A stretch of 64,000 nucleotides of DNA from Minisyncoccota bacterium. Lineage in GTDB: Bacteria; Patescibacteriota; Minisyncoccia; Phycocordibacterales; PALSA-1337. The stretch is taken from positions 23,037 through 87,036 of the forward strand of contig JBAZBL010000001.1 of assembly GCA_041671485.1 (NCBI GenBank), in the 5' to 3' direction. A program made the translations under genes and the position numbers. A model generated the notes under the pieces. That model was not told the DNA's origin. It ran no database searches and saw only the letters and a program-made list of their open reading frames with translations. Shown here piece after piece: positions 28,108-37,769 of the stretch. The first letter of the stretch is position 1. Each line of letters starts with the position of its first letter.

Positions 28108-30858
28108 ATGCCTCCATTAAATAAGCTTACAACCAAAGCCCGTGAAGCTCTAAAAAGAGCCCATGAACTCGCTATTGAACGTGGACAAAACCATGTCAAT
28201 CCAGCACATTTGCTCTGTGCACTTCTTTTGCAAGAAGAAAGTATGGTTACATCTGTCTTAGACAAATTGGATATAGATACAACCATGCTTATTGATGTAG
28301 TTCTGGAACATATAGAAGCACCTGATGGATCCAATGTCCTTTCACCTTCATATCAGATATATATTACTCCAGACTTAGCACAAATTCTCGACAATTCTTT
28401 ACGAGTAACAACAAATATGAAAGAGGAATTTATATCAACCGAACATTTATTCTTGGCAATATTTGAAGTACCCTGTATAGCTCGTGATATTTTGAGTAGA
28501 TTCAAGATAGAGCGCGATCAGATAATAAAGATCATAGAGGAGCTCAAAGCCAATCCGCCATCCAAAGAAAATCAGCCAAAGAAATTTAGAACTCTATACA
28601 AATATGCAAGAAGTCTAACCAGGCTTGCACATGAAAATAAACTCGATCCTGTGATCGGTCGTGATGCAGAGATAATGCGAATAGTACAAATATTATCTCG
28701 AAGAACAAAAAACAATCCTATACTGATAGGTGAAGCTGGGGTAGGAAAGACTGCAATAGCAGAAGGCTTGGCTCTCCGTATGGCACAGGGTGATATTCCA
28801 GAATCTCTGAAAGACAAAGAGCTTGTATCACTAGATTTGGGTTCTCTCATAGCAGGTACAAAATATCGTGGAGAATTCGAAGAAAGACTCAAAAATATAC
28901 TGAAAGAAATAGAGCGTGCAGATGGAAAAATAATTTTATTTATAGATGAAATGCATACACTAGTTGGAGCTGGTGCCGCAGAAGGTTCTATGGATGCTTC
29001 AAATATGCTAAAACCTGCTCTTGCTCGTGGAGAATTGCGTGCTATAGGAGCTACAACACTCAAGGAATATCAGAAACATATAGAGAAGGATCCGGCCCTG
29101 ACTCGCAGATTTCAACCTGTTTTCGTACAAGAACCAAGTATAGAAGATGCAATAGCTATATTGCGTGGAATAAAGGAAAAATATGAACTATATCATGGTG
29201 TTAGGATCACAGACGATGCTATCGTTGCATCTGTCACCCTAGCAAGCCGTTATATCACCGACAGATTCTTGCCTGATAAAGTAGTTGATCTTATAGATGA
29301 AGCAGCATCATCTCTACGTATTTCACTAGAGAATATGCCTCCAGAACTTGAAGAGTCTAGGAGAAAGATCATGCGTCTAGAAATAGAAAAAGAGGCTTTA
29401 AAGAAAGAAAATGATCTACCGGACAAGCAAAGTAATAAAACGACTAAAACAAGGATGTTGAAGATAGAAAAAGAGATTGCTGATATTAGAGAAAGTACTT
29501 CCGAAATCGAATTGAAATGGAAAAATGAAAAATCTGCAATAGGTGATATAAAGAGAATAAAGAAAGAATTGGAGACTTTGCGTATAGAAGCAGAGATGGC
29601 AGAGTCGAGGTCCGATCTATCCAAAGCTGCAGAGATAAGATATGGCAAACTTCCTGCATTAGAAAAGGAATTGGACCAGAAGAATAAACGTCTCAAGAAA
29701 TTGCAATCCTCGAGAAGAATACTAAAAGAAGAAATAAATGCAGAAGATATAGCAGGAGTTGTATCTCGTTGGACTGGTATACCAGTCTCTAGAATGCTAG
29801 AATCCGAAGCATCAAAACTAATGCGTATGGAAAATGAATTGCAGAGGAGAATTGTTGGGCAAAATGATGCAGTATCAAAGATAGCCGATACAATAAGACG
29901 TTCTCGCGCAGGTATAGCAGATCCAAATCGCCCAATTGGCTCATTTATATTCCTAGGTCCTACTGGAGTAGGGAAAACAGAACTTACAAAAGCTCTTGCA
30001 GAATTCTTATTCAATGATGAAAAATCTCTAGTGCGAGTAGATATGTCAGAATTCATGGAGAAACATTCTGTATCAAAGTTGATCGGGGCTCCTCCTGGTT
30101 ATATTGGCCATGATGATGGAGGATCATTCACGGAAACTATAAGACATAGGCCTTACTCGGTAGTTCTCTTTGATGAAATCGAAAAGGCTCATCCAGAAGT
30201 CTTCAATATCTTACTTCAAGTACTAGACAATGGTCGCCTCACAGATGCAAAAGGCCGTATTGTCAATTTTAGAAATACGGTTATCATCATGACTTCGAAT
30301 ATTGGCGCACAATATATTGAAAAAATGGAAAAGATAGGTTTTGCAAAAAATGTGAAAGATGTTGATAGAGACAATTATACTGGAGCAAAAGAAAAAGTTA
30401 TGACATCCCTCAAGGATTATTTTCGACCAGAATTTTTGAATCGCGTAGATGATATTATAATCTTCGATATCTTGTCCCATGAAGCAATAAAAGAAATAGT
30501 TGGTATTCAGGTCAAAGAAGTTGTAAAGAGGCTTGTAGACAAAAATATCGAGCTTATCTTATCTCCAGAAGTTATGGATTATCTTTCCCTAGAAGGATAT
30601 AACCCACAATATGGTGCTAGACCATTGAAAAGACTGATCCAGACCAAGATTTTGACTCCAGTAGCTAGATTGCTCATAAGTAATGAAGTGGGTAAAAACG
30701 GTATCATAAATGTTACAATGCCAATACTACAAAAAGTTTCAAAAGATATTTCTTTAGATTCTACAGAAAAGAAAGAAGTCAATTTCGTATTTGAAGTAAG
30801 CAAGAAGAGGAAAAACAATAGATCGATTGTACTAGGGGAGATGGTACTTCAAAAATAG
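28108..30858 (+). CDS. clpB: ATP-dependent chaperone ClpB
   Basis: LDPVIGRD.EI, GEAGVGKT, long coiled-coil M domain, GPTGVGKTEL and YGARPLKR; start placed at ATG 28108. Confidence 0.95.
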   Translation: MPPLNKLTTKAREALKRAHELAIERGQNHVNPAHLLCALLLQEESMVTSVLDKLDIDTTMLIDVVLEHIEAPDGSNVLSPSYQIYITPDLAQILDNSLRVTTNMKEEFISTEHLFLAIFEVPCIARDILSRFKIERDQIIKIIEELKANPPSKENQPKKFRTLYKYARSLTRLAHENKLDPVIGRDAEIMRIVQILSRRTKNNPILIGEAGVGKTAIAEGLALRMAQGDIPESLKDKELVSLDLGSLIAGTKYRGEFEERLKNILKEIERADGKIILFIDEMHTLVGAGAAEGSMDASNMLKPALARGELRAIGATTLKEYQKHIEKDPALTRRFQPVFVQEPSIEDAIAILRGIKEKYELYHGVRITDDAIVASVTLASRYITDRFLPDKVVDLIDEAASSLRISLENMPPELEESRRKIMRLEIEKEALKKENDLPDKQSNKTTKTRMLKIEKEIADIRESTSEIELKWKNEKSAIGDIKRIKKELETLRIEAEMAESRSDLSKAAEIRYGKLPALEKELDQKNKRLKKLQSSRRILKEEINAEDIAGVVSRWTGIPVSRMLESEASKLMRMENELQRRIVGQNDAVSKIADTIRRSRAGIADPNRPIGSFIFLGPTGVGKTELTKALAEFLFNDEKSLVRVDMSEFMEKHSVSKLIGAPPGYIGHDDGGSFTETIRHRPYSVVLFDEIEKAHPEVFNILLQVLDNGRLTDAKGRIVNFRNTVIIMTSNIGAQYIEKMEKIGFAKNVKDVDRDNYTGAKEKVMTSLKDYFRPEFLNRVDDIIIFDILSHEAIKEIVGIQVKEVVKRLVDKNIELILSPEVMDYLSLEGYNPQYGARPLKRLIQTKILTPVARLLISNEVGKNGIINVTMPILQKVSKDISLDSTEKKEVNFVFEVSKKRKNNRSIVLGEMVLQK

Positions 30859-30918
30859 TATTGACTAAGTAAAGATAAAAATCTACTATATAGTAAGTAC
30901 TTTTATTATAAATTAAAT

Positions 30919-31002
30919 GCGCAGGTGGCAGAGTGGTCAATTGCAGTGGACTGTAAATCCATCGCCCTATGGGCTCCGGGGGTTCAAATCCCTCCCTGCG
31001 CA
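30919..31002 (+). tRNA. tRNA-Tyr(GTA)
   Basis: Acceptor GCGCAGG/CCTGCGC; anticodon arm GTGGA-CTGTAAA-TCCAT; long variable arm; T-loop TTCAAAT. Confidence 0.96.
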
Positions 31003-31004
31003 CA

Positions 31005-31188
31005 TGAAAAAACCGAGCAAAGCTCGGTTTTTGAGTGGACGCAGAGCAAAGCGCTTGAGCGCTTTGCGTGGAGGGATTTGAAAAGGTCGAGCATATTTTC
31101 GAACCTGAGCGAGCGATCAGCGAGTCGAAGGTGAGAAAATGCGAGACCTGTACAGAGTCTGTAAGACTCAAATCCCTCCCTGCGCACA
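31005..31188 (+). repeat. tRNA-Tyr-linked structured element with a 21-bp duplication of the tRNA 3' end
   Basis: TCAAATCCCTCCCTGCGCACA at 30984-31004 and 31168-31188; core shared with the element behind tRNA-Leu(TAA). Confidence 0.9.
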
Positions 31189-31219
31189 AAATTTTACGTC
31201 AAGGTTAGTTCTTGCTGTA

Positions 31220-32389
31220 TCATACAATGACTCTTTTCAAATGTGCTGGTATCTTGACCACTATTTCATAGGGAATAGTGTTGCACTTCTGTGCAATTGA
31301 TATTATTGAATTCTGATCAGAGCTATTGTCGCTTATCACCGTGACTGGTGTATTGATCTTAATATCTTTCACATTTGATACATCAATAGAAGTGATATTC
31401 ATACTCACGTGGCCGATGATGGGGCATGGAATATTATTATCTCCAACCAATATTGTTCCAACATTAGATAGTCTCCTATCCACACCTTCGAAATAACCAA
31501 CAGGTATGGTTGCAATTCGCATATCATTCAATGCTTTGAATGTATTGCCATAGCCAACTGTCTCGCCCTTCTTTATTTGTTTTATACTTGTAATGATAGT
31601 CTTCATCTTGAGAACTGGTAATAAATTGATCTTATGTTCAAATAGATCTCCATCTTTGAGACCATAAAGACCTATCCCTAGTCTTGAAACATTGGACTTT
31701 ATTTTATCCGAAAATTTGTTACCATCTGTATTGCTTATATGAAAATATTTTATGTCAGGAAAAGTTTTCTTGAATTTGTCTACAATACTATTCCAAAGAA
31801 TTATTTGCTTCTGTGTAAAAAAAGTGTCTAGATTATCTGCATCAGATAAGTGTGAAGCAATGCCTTCTATCTTAATATTTTTATTATTCTTTATGATCTC
31901 TATTGCTTGATTTACTTCTTCGGGTAATATACCTTGGCGATGCATACCTGTATCTATCTTCAAATGAATAGGGGATTTGATCTTTTTGTATTTGGATAAG
32001 GCATGAAGTACTTCGACACTACTAACAGTAAAAGAGATATTTTTTAGTCTAGAATTGGCAATCGTTTCTGGGTGAGAATAGCCGATGATAAGTAGTGGAG
32101 TCTTTATACCTTTTGCTCTCAATGCAATTGCTTCAAAATACGAATCGACAACGAAAAATGGTATATCTCCGTTCACGAGGTCCGACCTTGCGGAATTCAA
32201 TATTTGAGCTACCTCTAATAGACCATGACCATAGGCATTACTCTTCAATACGGGGGCAATTTGACCATTTGGCACCAATTTACGGAACTCATTGAGATTG
32301 TCCAATAGGCGACTTTTAGAAATCTCAATAGTTATAAGTGGTTCGTAAGGAAAACATGATTTGGACAAGCTTTTGAGCCATTTTTTCAT
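31220..32389 (-). CDS. alr: Alanine racemase
   Basis: PVLKSNAYGHG (PLP lysine), HLKIDTGMHRQG and VGYG motifs. Confidence 0.95.
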   Translation of the reverse strand: MKKWLKSLSKSCFPYEPLITIEISKSRLLDNLNEFRKLVPNGQIAPVLKSNAYGHGLLEVAQILNSARSDLVNGDIPFFVVDSYFEAIALRAKGIKTPLLIIGYSHPETIANSRLKNISFTVSSVEVLHALSKYKKIKSPIHLKIDTGMHRQGILPEEVNQAIEIIKNNKNIKIEGIASHLSDADNLDTFFTQKQIILWNSIVDKFKKTFPDIKYFHISNTDGNKFSDKIKSNVSRLGIGLYGLKDGDLFEHKINLLPVLKMKTIITSIKQIKKGETVGYGNTFKALNDMRIATIPVGYFEGVDRRLSNVGTILVGDNNIPCPIIGHVSMNITSIDVSNVKDIKINTPVTVISDNSSDQNSIISIAQKCNTIPYEIVVKIPAHLKRVIV

Positions 32390-32587
32390 AATCTATATTG
32401 TACCCCTCATTTATGGCGAAAACCACCTTGACAGATACTTTGCTATATGCTAGACTATCTTCCAGTTAAACCGAGGCTATAATAGCCTCATTTTCGTTCT
32501 TTTACAGTCGCATATTGTCAGTAAACATAGCTTTTTGCGAGTAGCAAGAAGCGTGTGCGAATGTTTGAGGACGATGAACGGAGTATT

Positions 32588-32839
32588 ATGATCCAAAAAC
32601 AAAGATTCATTTTGTCTGTCGCCATGTTGATGGCCCTGGTAGCAGCGCTACTAGTGTTCATCAGCTATCCAAAAGAGGTGGCGCCGGTGATGACTCCGGT
32701 CATCACGAACACGGCTCCTGTAGAGGAGATCGTTGAGACCAACAATGTAGTCACCAATTCCGCGAAAGTGGATGGGGTGATAAACAAAACTGGATCAGTC
32801 TCGGTGACTGGAACAGTTCGTGCAGAGTTCGGGAAGTGA
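32588..32839 (+). CDS. Small membrane-anchored hypothetical protein
   Basis: N-terminal hydrophobic helix; GGAG upstream of ATG 32588; part of a GC-richer islet. Confidence 0.5.
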   Translation: MIQKQRFILSVAMLMALVAALLVFISYPKEVAPVMTPVITNTAPVEEIVETNNVVTNSAKVDGVINKTGSVSVTGTVRAEFGK

Positions 32840-32898
32840 AGTGCAGTGCAGAAAACAACAGAAACAAACACAACAAACAGAGAAGAAAGACAACGCAG

Positions 32899-33990
32899 AT
32901 GAAAAAAACACAAATCCTATCGGTAATCTTATCAGTCACACTGCTCGCAGTCGGCGCCTTTGCGCAATCACCTCCAGCTTCTAGCGGTGGTGGTTCGAGC
33001 GGAGGCACGGGGACAATCGTGGTTCCGGCAGATAAAATGCCAACCGCGCTTGCCTTCCTCGGTTCCAAGGCGGCACTACGCGCTTTCGCTCGTGAAAGTG
33101 CAAGGAGCGCGAACTTAAACATCAACTCTGCCGGCATGCAGGGTACATGGGGAACTGGTTCCTCATGGGATTCCCCAAAAAGTCAAGAACAAATCCTTTC
33201 GATAATCAATGCGTGGAGGTTCACCTTCACCATGGAGAATCCAGCGGATTCTGTTCAGGCGACGACGGAAATCAAGAACAGCGACTGGGAGACTCTCTTC
33301 AGCGCGGAGTCTTGGCGGACGCCACAGCTTGTGAGTGGAAGTAGTTACCGATTGCCGGAACTTTACTTCCACTTAACACTGGCGGATATCATCCCATTCA
33401 AGGTTGACAGGTCGGTTCAATGGGGTCAAATCAAGTACCTCAATGACGACGGCAGAACGATCACTACCGTTGACCTTGTTGTCCGGAACGGAAAAGTTTA
33501 TTTCCGATCCGATCTCGCAGGTAAGGGAATTCTCGTCCTGCACAATAACGATGGGAGAACATTCCTGTATAACCTCCGGAATGGTGGAGTACAGGTACCA
33601 GTTGCAAGTGTTCAGTACATGGGGAGTTCCTCGTGGATTGAGAATATGCCATGGTTCAACAACCCAAGCACCATCAATCAGCAGGTCTGGAGCTGGAATG
33701 GTGTTGGCCAAAATCCTACATTCGATGTCAACATGGACTCGAGTGCATGGGTATCGTTCAGGACATATTCCAACGAAGGTGCCGAAGCGATTGGTTTCCA
33801 GGTACGACCACAAGGTGGCACGAACTGGACTTTCTATCCGGTTGTCCTACCTGCCAAGTATGTACCAATCCAACTCACCCCAGGCACCTCGTTTATCATT
33901 CCGGTATGGAATCCGGATGAGTTCAAGGAACCGGAGCCGTACATTCCTGAGAATGGGACGCCGGTGGGTTTCTTCGATGGTAAGGGTTAA
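32899..33990 (+). CDS. Secreted beta-rich hypothetical protein
   Basis: Signal peptide MKKTQILSVILSVTLLAVGAFA; GC-richer codon usage; followed by a terminator. Confidence 0.7.
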   Translation: MKKTQILSVILSVTLLAVGAFAQSPPASSGGGSSGGTGTIVVPADKMPTALAFLGSKAALRAFARESARSANLNINSAGMQGTWGTGSSWDSPKSQEQILSIINAWRFTFTMENPADSVQATTEIKNSDWETLFSAESWRTPQLVSGSSYRLPELYFHLTLADIIPFKVDRSVQWGQIKYLNDDGRTITTVDLVVRNGKVYFRSDLAGKGILVLHNNDGRTFLYNLRNGGVQVPVASVQYMGSSSWIENMPWFNNPSTINQQVWSWNGVGQNPTFDVNMDSSAWVSFRTYSNEGAEAIGFQVRPQGGTNWTFYPVVLPAKYVPIQLTPGTSFIIPVWNPDEFKEPEPYIPENGTPVGFFDGKG

Positions 33991-34012
33991 CTGACCCCCG
34001 AATCAGTTTCAT

Positions 34013-34051
34013 CCCCGCAAGTTGCGCAAGCAGCTTGCGGGGTATTCTTTT
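34013..34051 (+). terminator. Intrinsic terminator
   Basis: CCCCGCAAGTTGC-GCAA-GCAGCTTGCGGGG followed by a T-rich tail. Confidence 0.75.
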
Positions 34052-34073
34052 ATACGCTATAGTAATGCTTACC

Positions 34074-34229
34074 ATGTCCCAAAATTCACTCATACAACTC
34101 AAGAACAAATCAACTGGCGAAGTGTATTGGACACGCAAGAATAAGAAAACAGTTGAAAAGAAGATAGAACTCAAGAAATATAGTGCCAAGTTGAGAAAGC
34201 ATGTAGTGTTCAAAGAGACTAAGAAATAA
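34074..34229 (+). CDS. rpmG: 50S ribosomal protein L33
   Basis: Y.TRKNKK...KIELKKY...RKHVVFKE. Confidence 0.95.
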   Translation: MSQNSLIQLKNKSTGEVYWTRKNKKTVEKKIELKKYSAKLRKHVVFKETKK

Positions 34230-34314
34230 ACATACAAATATACGGATTAGTTGATTGCTTTTATTCGTATTCATTCGTATCATTAGTATTATTCGTATAT
34301 TCGAATAATTTTTT

Positions 34315-34385
34315 GGGCGATTAGTTAAGTGGTATAACTACGGTCTCCAAAACCGTTGTCCGAGGTCCGATTCCTCGATCGCCCG
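34315..34385 (+). tRNA. tRNA-Trp(CCA)
   Basis: Acceptor GGGCGAT/ATCGCCC; anticodon arm ACGGT-CTCCAAA-ACCGT; atypical T-loop TCCGATT. Confidence 0.9.
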
Positions 34386-34476
34386 CCTTTGATTAATAGT
34401 CTTCTAGTTTTATTGTATAATTGATAAATATTTGTTAGTATAAGTATATTATTAATCATATTTATAATATATTATT

Positions 34477-34875
34477 ATGAGTGAATTTAATGAAAAAGCA
34501 CCAATAGAGGCAGTAAATCCTGATGTTAAACCAAAACATGAAGCAGATAATAAGATACTAGAATTGTCAGAAGAACAAATGGATATGATTGTTAGAACAA
34601 TTATTGACCGTCTCACAGAAAAAAAGGGGCTTCCAAATCGTCAAAATGTTTCTCCGAGACCACCCATGGTTTCTCCGGAAACTCCTAAAGGTGTACCTAC
34701 TGAAGAAAAAAGACCTGAACTTAGTAAAGACGAAGTGTGGTCTCGTGAAGTAGATAAATTTGTTTTGAGAGCATTAGATAGAGTTATTGATAACGCTGAT
34801 GCTACAAAGCGACTTGATGATAAGCTTAGAGAGGAATATAAAAATACAGCAAAGTATCGAGAAGGTTTGAAATAA
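34477..34875 (+). CDS. Hypothetical protein
   Basis: 132-aa charged ORF with host-like composition. Confidence 0.6.
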   Translation: MSEFNEKAPIEAVNPDVKPKHEADNKILELSEEQMDMIVRTIIDRLTEKKGLPNRQNVSPRPPMVSPETPKGVPTEEKRPELSKDEVWSREVDKFVLRALDRVIDNADATKRLDDKLREEYKNTAKYREGLK

Positions 34876-34976
34876 CAAGTTTCTTCATAATAGTTACTAT
34901 ATAGGTTCTAGATTATATTTGACACAATAGTGATGACTATGTTAATATATATTTATTAAATATTAATATAAAATTC

Positions 34977-35483
34977 ATGCAAATATCCCCAAATAAATGG
35001 ACAGTAATAGCTTCTATTTTGACAGCAGTCATTGTTGTTTCAACTGCATTGAATATTCCAGGTACAAAATCTCCTAGCCTCATATATGACAATCTTGGTA
35101 ATAGTGGTAATACAGTATTCACATTTCTCGATCCAAATATATCTTCTGTAGAAGTCGGTCAAGTTGAAACAATTCGCTGGATATCCGAAGGTTATATTCC
35201 AAGAACAGTCAGTATCAATCTAATTCGTAAAGTATCCAGTATGCCAGAACAGTATGAATTGATTCGTACTATAGCAACTAGTACCATGAATGATGGTGTA
35301 GCTATATGGGTACCGGGAAAAAGTGATGTAGGAGACAATCTTTATATAGAGATAGGGTGTGAACTTTCTCAAAATTCATGTAATGCTGGAGGATCGATCT
35401 CTCCTATAGCAGTTAACGATACTGGTCGTTTTGCTAATACCGCCGCGAGTTATCAAGCTATCGAACAGTTGAATAATAGATAA
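34977..35483 (+). CDS. Secreted or membrane-anchored Ig-like hypothetical protein
   Basis: N-terminal TM segment; 'G...TIRW...V.I.L...NDG...W.P' pattern. Confidence 0.65.
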   Translation: MQISPNKWTVIASILTAVIVVSTALNIPGTKSPSLIYDNLGNSGNTVFTFLDPNISSVEVGQVETIRWISEGYIPRTVSINLIRKVSSMPEQYELIRTIATSTMNDGVAIWVPGKSDVGDNLYIEIGCELSQNSCNAGGSISPIAVNDTGRFANTAASYQAIEQLNNR

Positions 35484-35534
35484 AAAGTGGCACTCAAGAC
35501 TACTAGAGTCTCGAGTGCCGTGAAGATCTTACCA

Positions 35535-35819
35535 CTAATTGTTGTGTACGCTGGCATTTGCCAATGCCAAGCGTTTCGCAATTGTTTCCGGGTGCCAGTC
35601 AAACGCGAGAGTGGCGCCTGTACCTGGAACAATGATTCTCGCCACAAGAGTCCTTGGATCTCCATGTGCTGGTCCAACTTCAAATGCGAGTTGGCCACAA
35701 TGTCTGAATTCCCTGACAATTTCCTCGAGATGAGGATTGAGGTCAGTTACCATCAAACTCATTGTTGGTAACTCAGAGATGAGCGCATCTAACGCTATAA
35801 GATCAGCCTTCGTTATCAT
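35535..35819 (-). CDS. Hypothetical protein
   Basis: 94-aa ORF with a TATACT -10 upstream and a hairpin at 35487-35520 downstream. Confidence 0.5.
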   Translation of the reverse strand: MITKADLIALDALISELPTMSLMVTDLNPHLEEIVREFRHCGQLAFEVGPAHGDPRTLVARIIVPGTGATLAFDWHPETIAKRLALANASVHNN

Positions 35820-35859
35820 ACGTTTTTAGCTTTTGTGCAGTTTACCTACTAGTATAGTA

Positions 35860-36831
35860 TTACATAAGTAATTGTTTGTCAATAGCACACTTTTCTATCA
35901 GATTCTTAGGATCAAACCACTTTATCCTCTCATCTTTCCTCCACCATGTCTTCTGTCTTCTAGCATATTGCCATATCTTCGTAGAAAGTATTTCAATCAA
36001 TTGATCTTTGTCTATTTTTCCTTGTAGGAATTCTGCTAGATAGCGATATTCAAGTCCCAATTCATTCATACGTTCATATGATAAACCATTTTTATGTAAA
36101 TTTTTTGCTTCATCTATCATTCCTATATCAATCCTATCTACAAGACGTTTGTGAATGCGTTTTCTCAATTCTTCTGATGATATATTGACACCAATAAATA
36201 TTGGATCATAATGATCGTGGAGGGATGGCTCATGAGGAAGCATTCGACTGGTTGATTCGTCGACTGGTTGACTGGCACAAACCCGCTGTCCCTCCATCTT
36301 TTCTTGTACTGAAGTCGCTATCTCAATAGCTCTTATCAAACGCCTTTTATTCTTATCATCACCATTTCTCGATCCAGATATCATTTTCTTTGCATAAACA
36401 GGATCTAACCTCTTCAAAATATCAAACAATTCCTCGACTGACTTTTCTCCTAATTCTCTGCGCAAATCTTCATTTGGTGATACATCTGGTATTTCCAGAT
36501 TATCGACTAAAGCAGAAATATAGAAACCTGTACCGCCACATATTATTGGCAATTTACCTCTATTGTGAATATCCAAGATCGCTTGTCTGGCTTTCTCTTT
36601 CCAGTCTACAACAGTGAATCTATCTCTCGGATCAGCAATATCTAAACAATAGTGGGGAATTCCTTGCATTTCTTCTTTTGTAATCTTACCAGTACCGATA
36701 TCAAGTCCTTTATATACTTGCCTAGAATCAGCAGATATCACTTCACCATTCCATTGTTGGGCCAGTTTAACAGCCAAATCACTTTTGCCAGAAGCGGTGG
36801 GACCTAGGATAATTAGGATCTTAAATTTCAT
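35860..36831 (-). CDS. miaA: tRNA dimethylallyltransferase
   Basis: GPTASGKS, ISADSRQVYKGLDIGTGK, GGTGFYI and YARRQKTW motifs. Confidence 0.97.
   Translation of the reverse strand: MKFKILIILGPTASGKSDLAVKLAQQWNGEVISADSRQVYKGLDIGTGKITKEEMQGIPHYCLDIADPRDRFTVVDWKEKARQAILDIHNRGKLPIICGGTGFYISALVDNLEIPDVSPNEDLRRELGEKSVEELFDILKRLDPVYAKKMISGSRNGDDKNKRRLIRAIEIATSVQEKMEGQRVCASQPVDESTSRMLPHEPSLHDHYDPIFIGVNISSEELRKRIHKRLVDRIDIGMIDEAKNLHKNGLSYERMNELGLEYRYLAEFLQGKIDKDQLIEILSTKIWQYARRQKTWWRKDERIKWFDPKNLIEKCAIDKQLLM
36218..36296. repeat. GC-rich stem-bounded insertion inside miaA
   Basis: TGGAGGGATGG...CTGTCCCTCCA arms; internal direct repeat TCGACTGGTTGA x2; encodes an extra peptide after RAIEIA. Confidence 0.65.
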
Positions 36832-36900
36832 ATATCAAATAAGCTGTATTTGAATCTTTATAATTCATGGTGCGCCGTCTGTGACAATCTTAGATAGCAA

Positions 36901-37170
36901 CTAGATTATAGTGAGTTTCAAACCTAACCCAGAGGTAACTTTTTGGAGAAAAGAAAGGGTAGGATTTGTTCTACCGGATTCAAGACGAGAAAGGGCTGCT
37001 TGAGTAATACCCAATTTTAATGCCAGTTGTTTCTGGGTGAGTTTCTTTTGGATCCGAGCTTCTATAAGTGCATCGTGAATTTTGAATTCCACCTCAAGAC
37101 TATCATAAGCTTTCTTGTTCTCTGGATCACTAAGAAACTCCTCCATGACTTGTTTGTGTGTTTTCATCAT
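36901..37170 (-). CDS. XRE-family HTH antitoxin (HigA-like)
   Basis: LTQKQLA.KLG.TQ.ALSRLESG..NPTL..L; lies downstream of the toxin gene. Confidence 0.85.
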   Translation of the reverse strand: MMKTHKQVMEEFLSDPENKKAYDSLEVEFKIHDALIEARIQKKLTQKQLALKLGITQAALSRLESGRTNPTLSFLQKVTSGLGLKLTII

Positions 37171-37196
37171 AAAACTAATATAGCATATACGGCATA

Positions 37197-37514
37197 TTAT
37201 GCAAATCCAACAACCTCTTTCTGAATTCTCCTGGCATAACTAATATCTTTTAAACTTATTCTCCAAGCTTTCTTGATAAAACCATGAACAATGTATGCTT
37301 TATTATTCTGGAATACGTACAAGATTCTTATTTGATTTTTACCAAGAGTTCTAAGTTCAAATAACCCCTTACCCAGACTTTTAGAATCAGGCATCCCTAA
37401 TAAATATCCGAATTTTTCCAGAGAATTTACTGTCTTTTTTATGCGGGAGGATGTGATCTTGTCTAGACCATTTATAAATTCTCGCACTTTTTCATTCCAA
37501 TAAATTATTTCCAT
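37197..37514 (-). CDS. RelE/ParE-family (HigB/Gp49-like) toxin
   Basis: 'LGMPDSKSLGKGLFELR...RILY......HGFIKK'; toxin-before-antitoxin gene order. Confidence 0.85.
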   Translation of the reverse strand: MEIIYWNEKVREFINGLDKITSSRIKKTVNSLEKFGYLLGMPDSKSLGKGLFELRTLGKNQIRILYVFQNNKAYIVHGFIKKAWRISLKDISYARRIQKEVVGFA

Positions 37515-37568
37515 ATCCGCATAATACATCACACATAAGAAAATGCAAAAAGATGGCATTGAATGACT

Positions 37569-37594
37569 GTGTCCACTTTATGGGGTACAGATCA
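37569..37594 (-). mobile_element. Orphan IS3-family-like terminal inverted repeat directly behind tRNA-Leu(CAA)
   Basis: TGATCTGTACCCCATAAAGTGGACAC; the first 15 nt recur at 43488-43502. Confidence 0.5.
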
Positions 37595-37598
37595 ATTG

Positions 37599-37680
37599 TG
37601 CCGGGAGAGAGAATCGAACTCTCATGGATTACTCCGTACGATTTTGAGTCGTATGCGTCTACCAATTCCGCCATCCCGGC
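37599..37680 (-). tRNA. tRNA-Leu(CAA)
   Basis: GCCGGGA...TACGA-CTCAAAA-TCGTA...TTCGATT...TCCCGGC-A on the minus strand. Confidence 0.95.
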
Positions 37681-37769
37681 TTGTTATTCAATATTACAAG
37701 AAATACAACTAAAATCAATGATCAAAATTACAAAAAAACTTATAAGAATTTCGCAAATAGAAATATTGA

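Noticed and set aside
29250-30056. Long antisense ORFs (e.g. 29250-30056, 38359-39156, 39369-39959, 44194-44751)
   Set aside because: They are shadows of clpB, parB, topA and infB on the opposite strand with no recognisable motifs.
30984-31188. Prophage or integrative island at the tRNA 3'-end duplications
   Set aside because: The duplicated ends are only 135-184 bp apart and no integrase or phage gene is present; reported instead as structured mini-elements.
30779-31189. ORFs spanning tRNAs and their downstream elements (also 7569-8032 and 43053-43502)
   Set aside because: They overlap clear tRNA genes and GC-rich hairpins, so the open frames are incidental.
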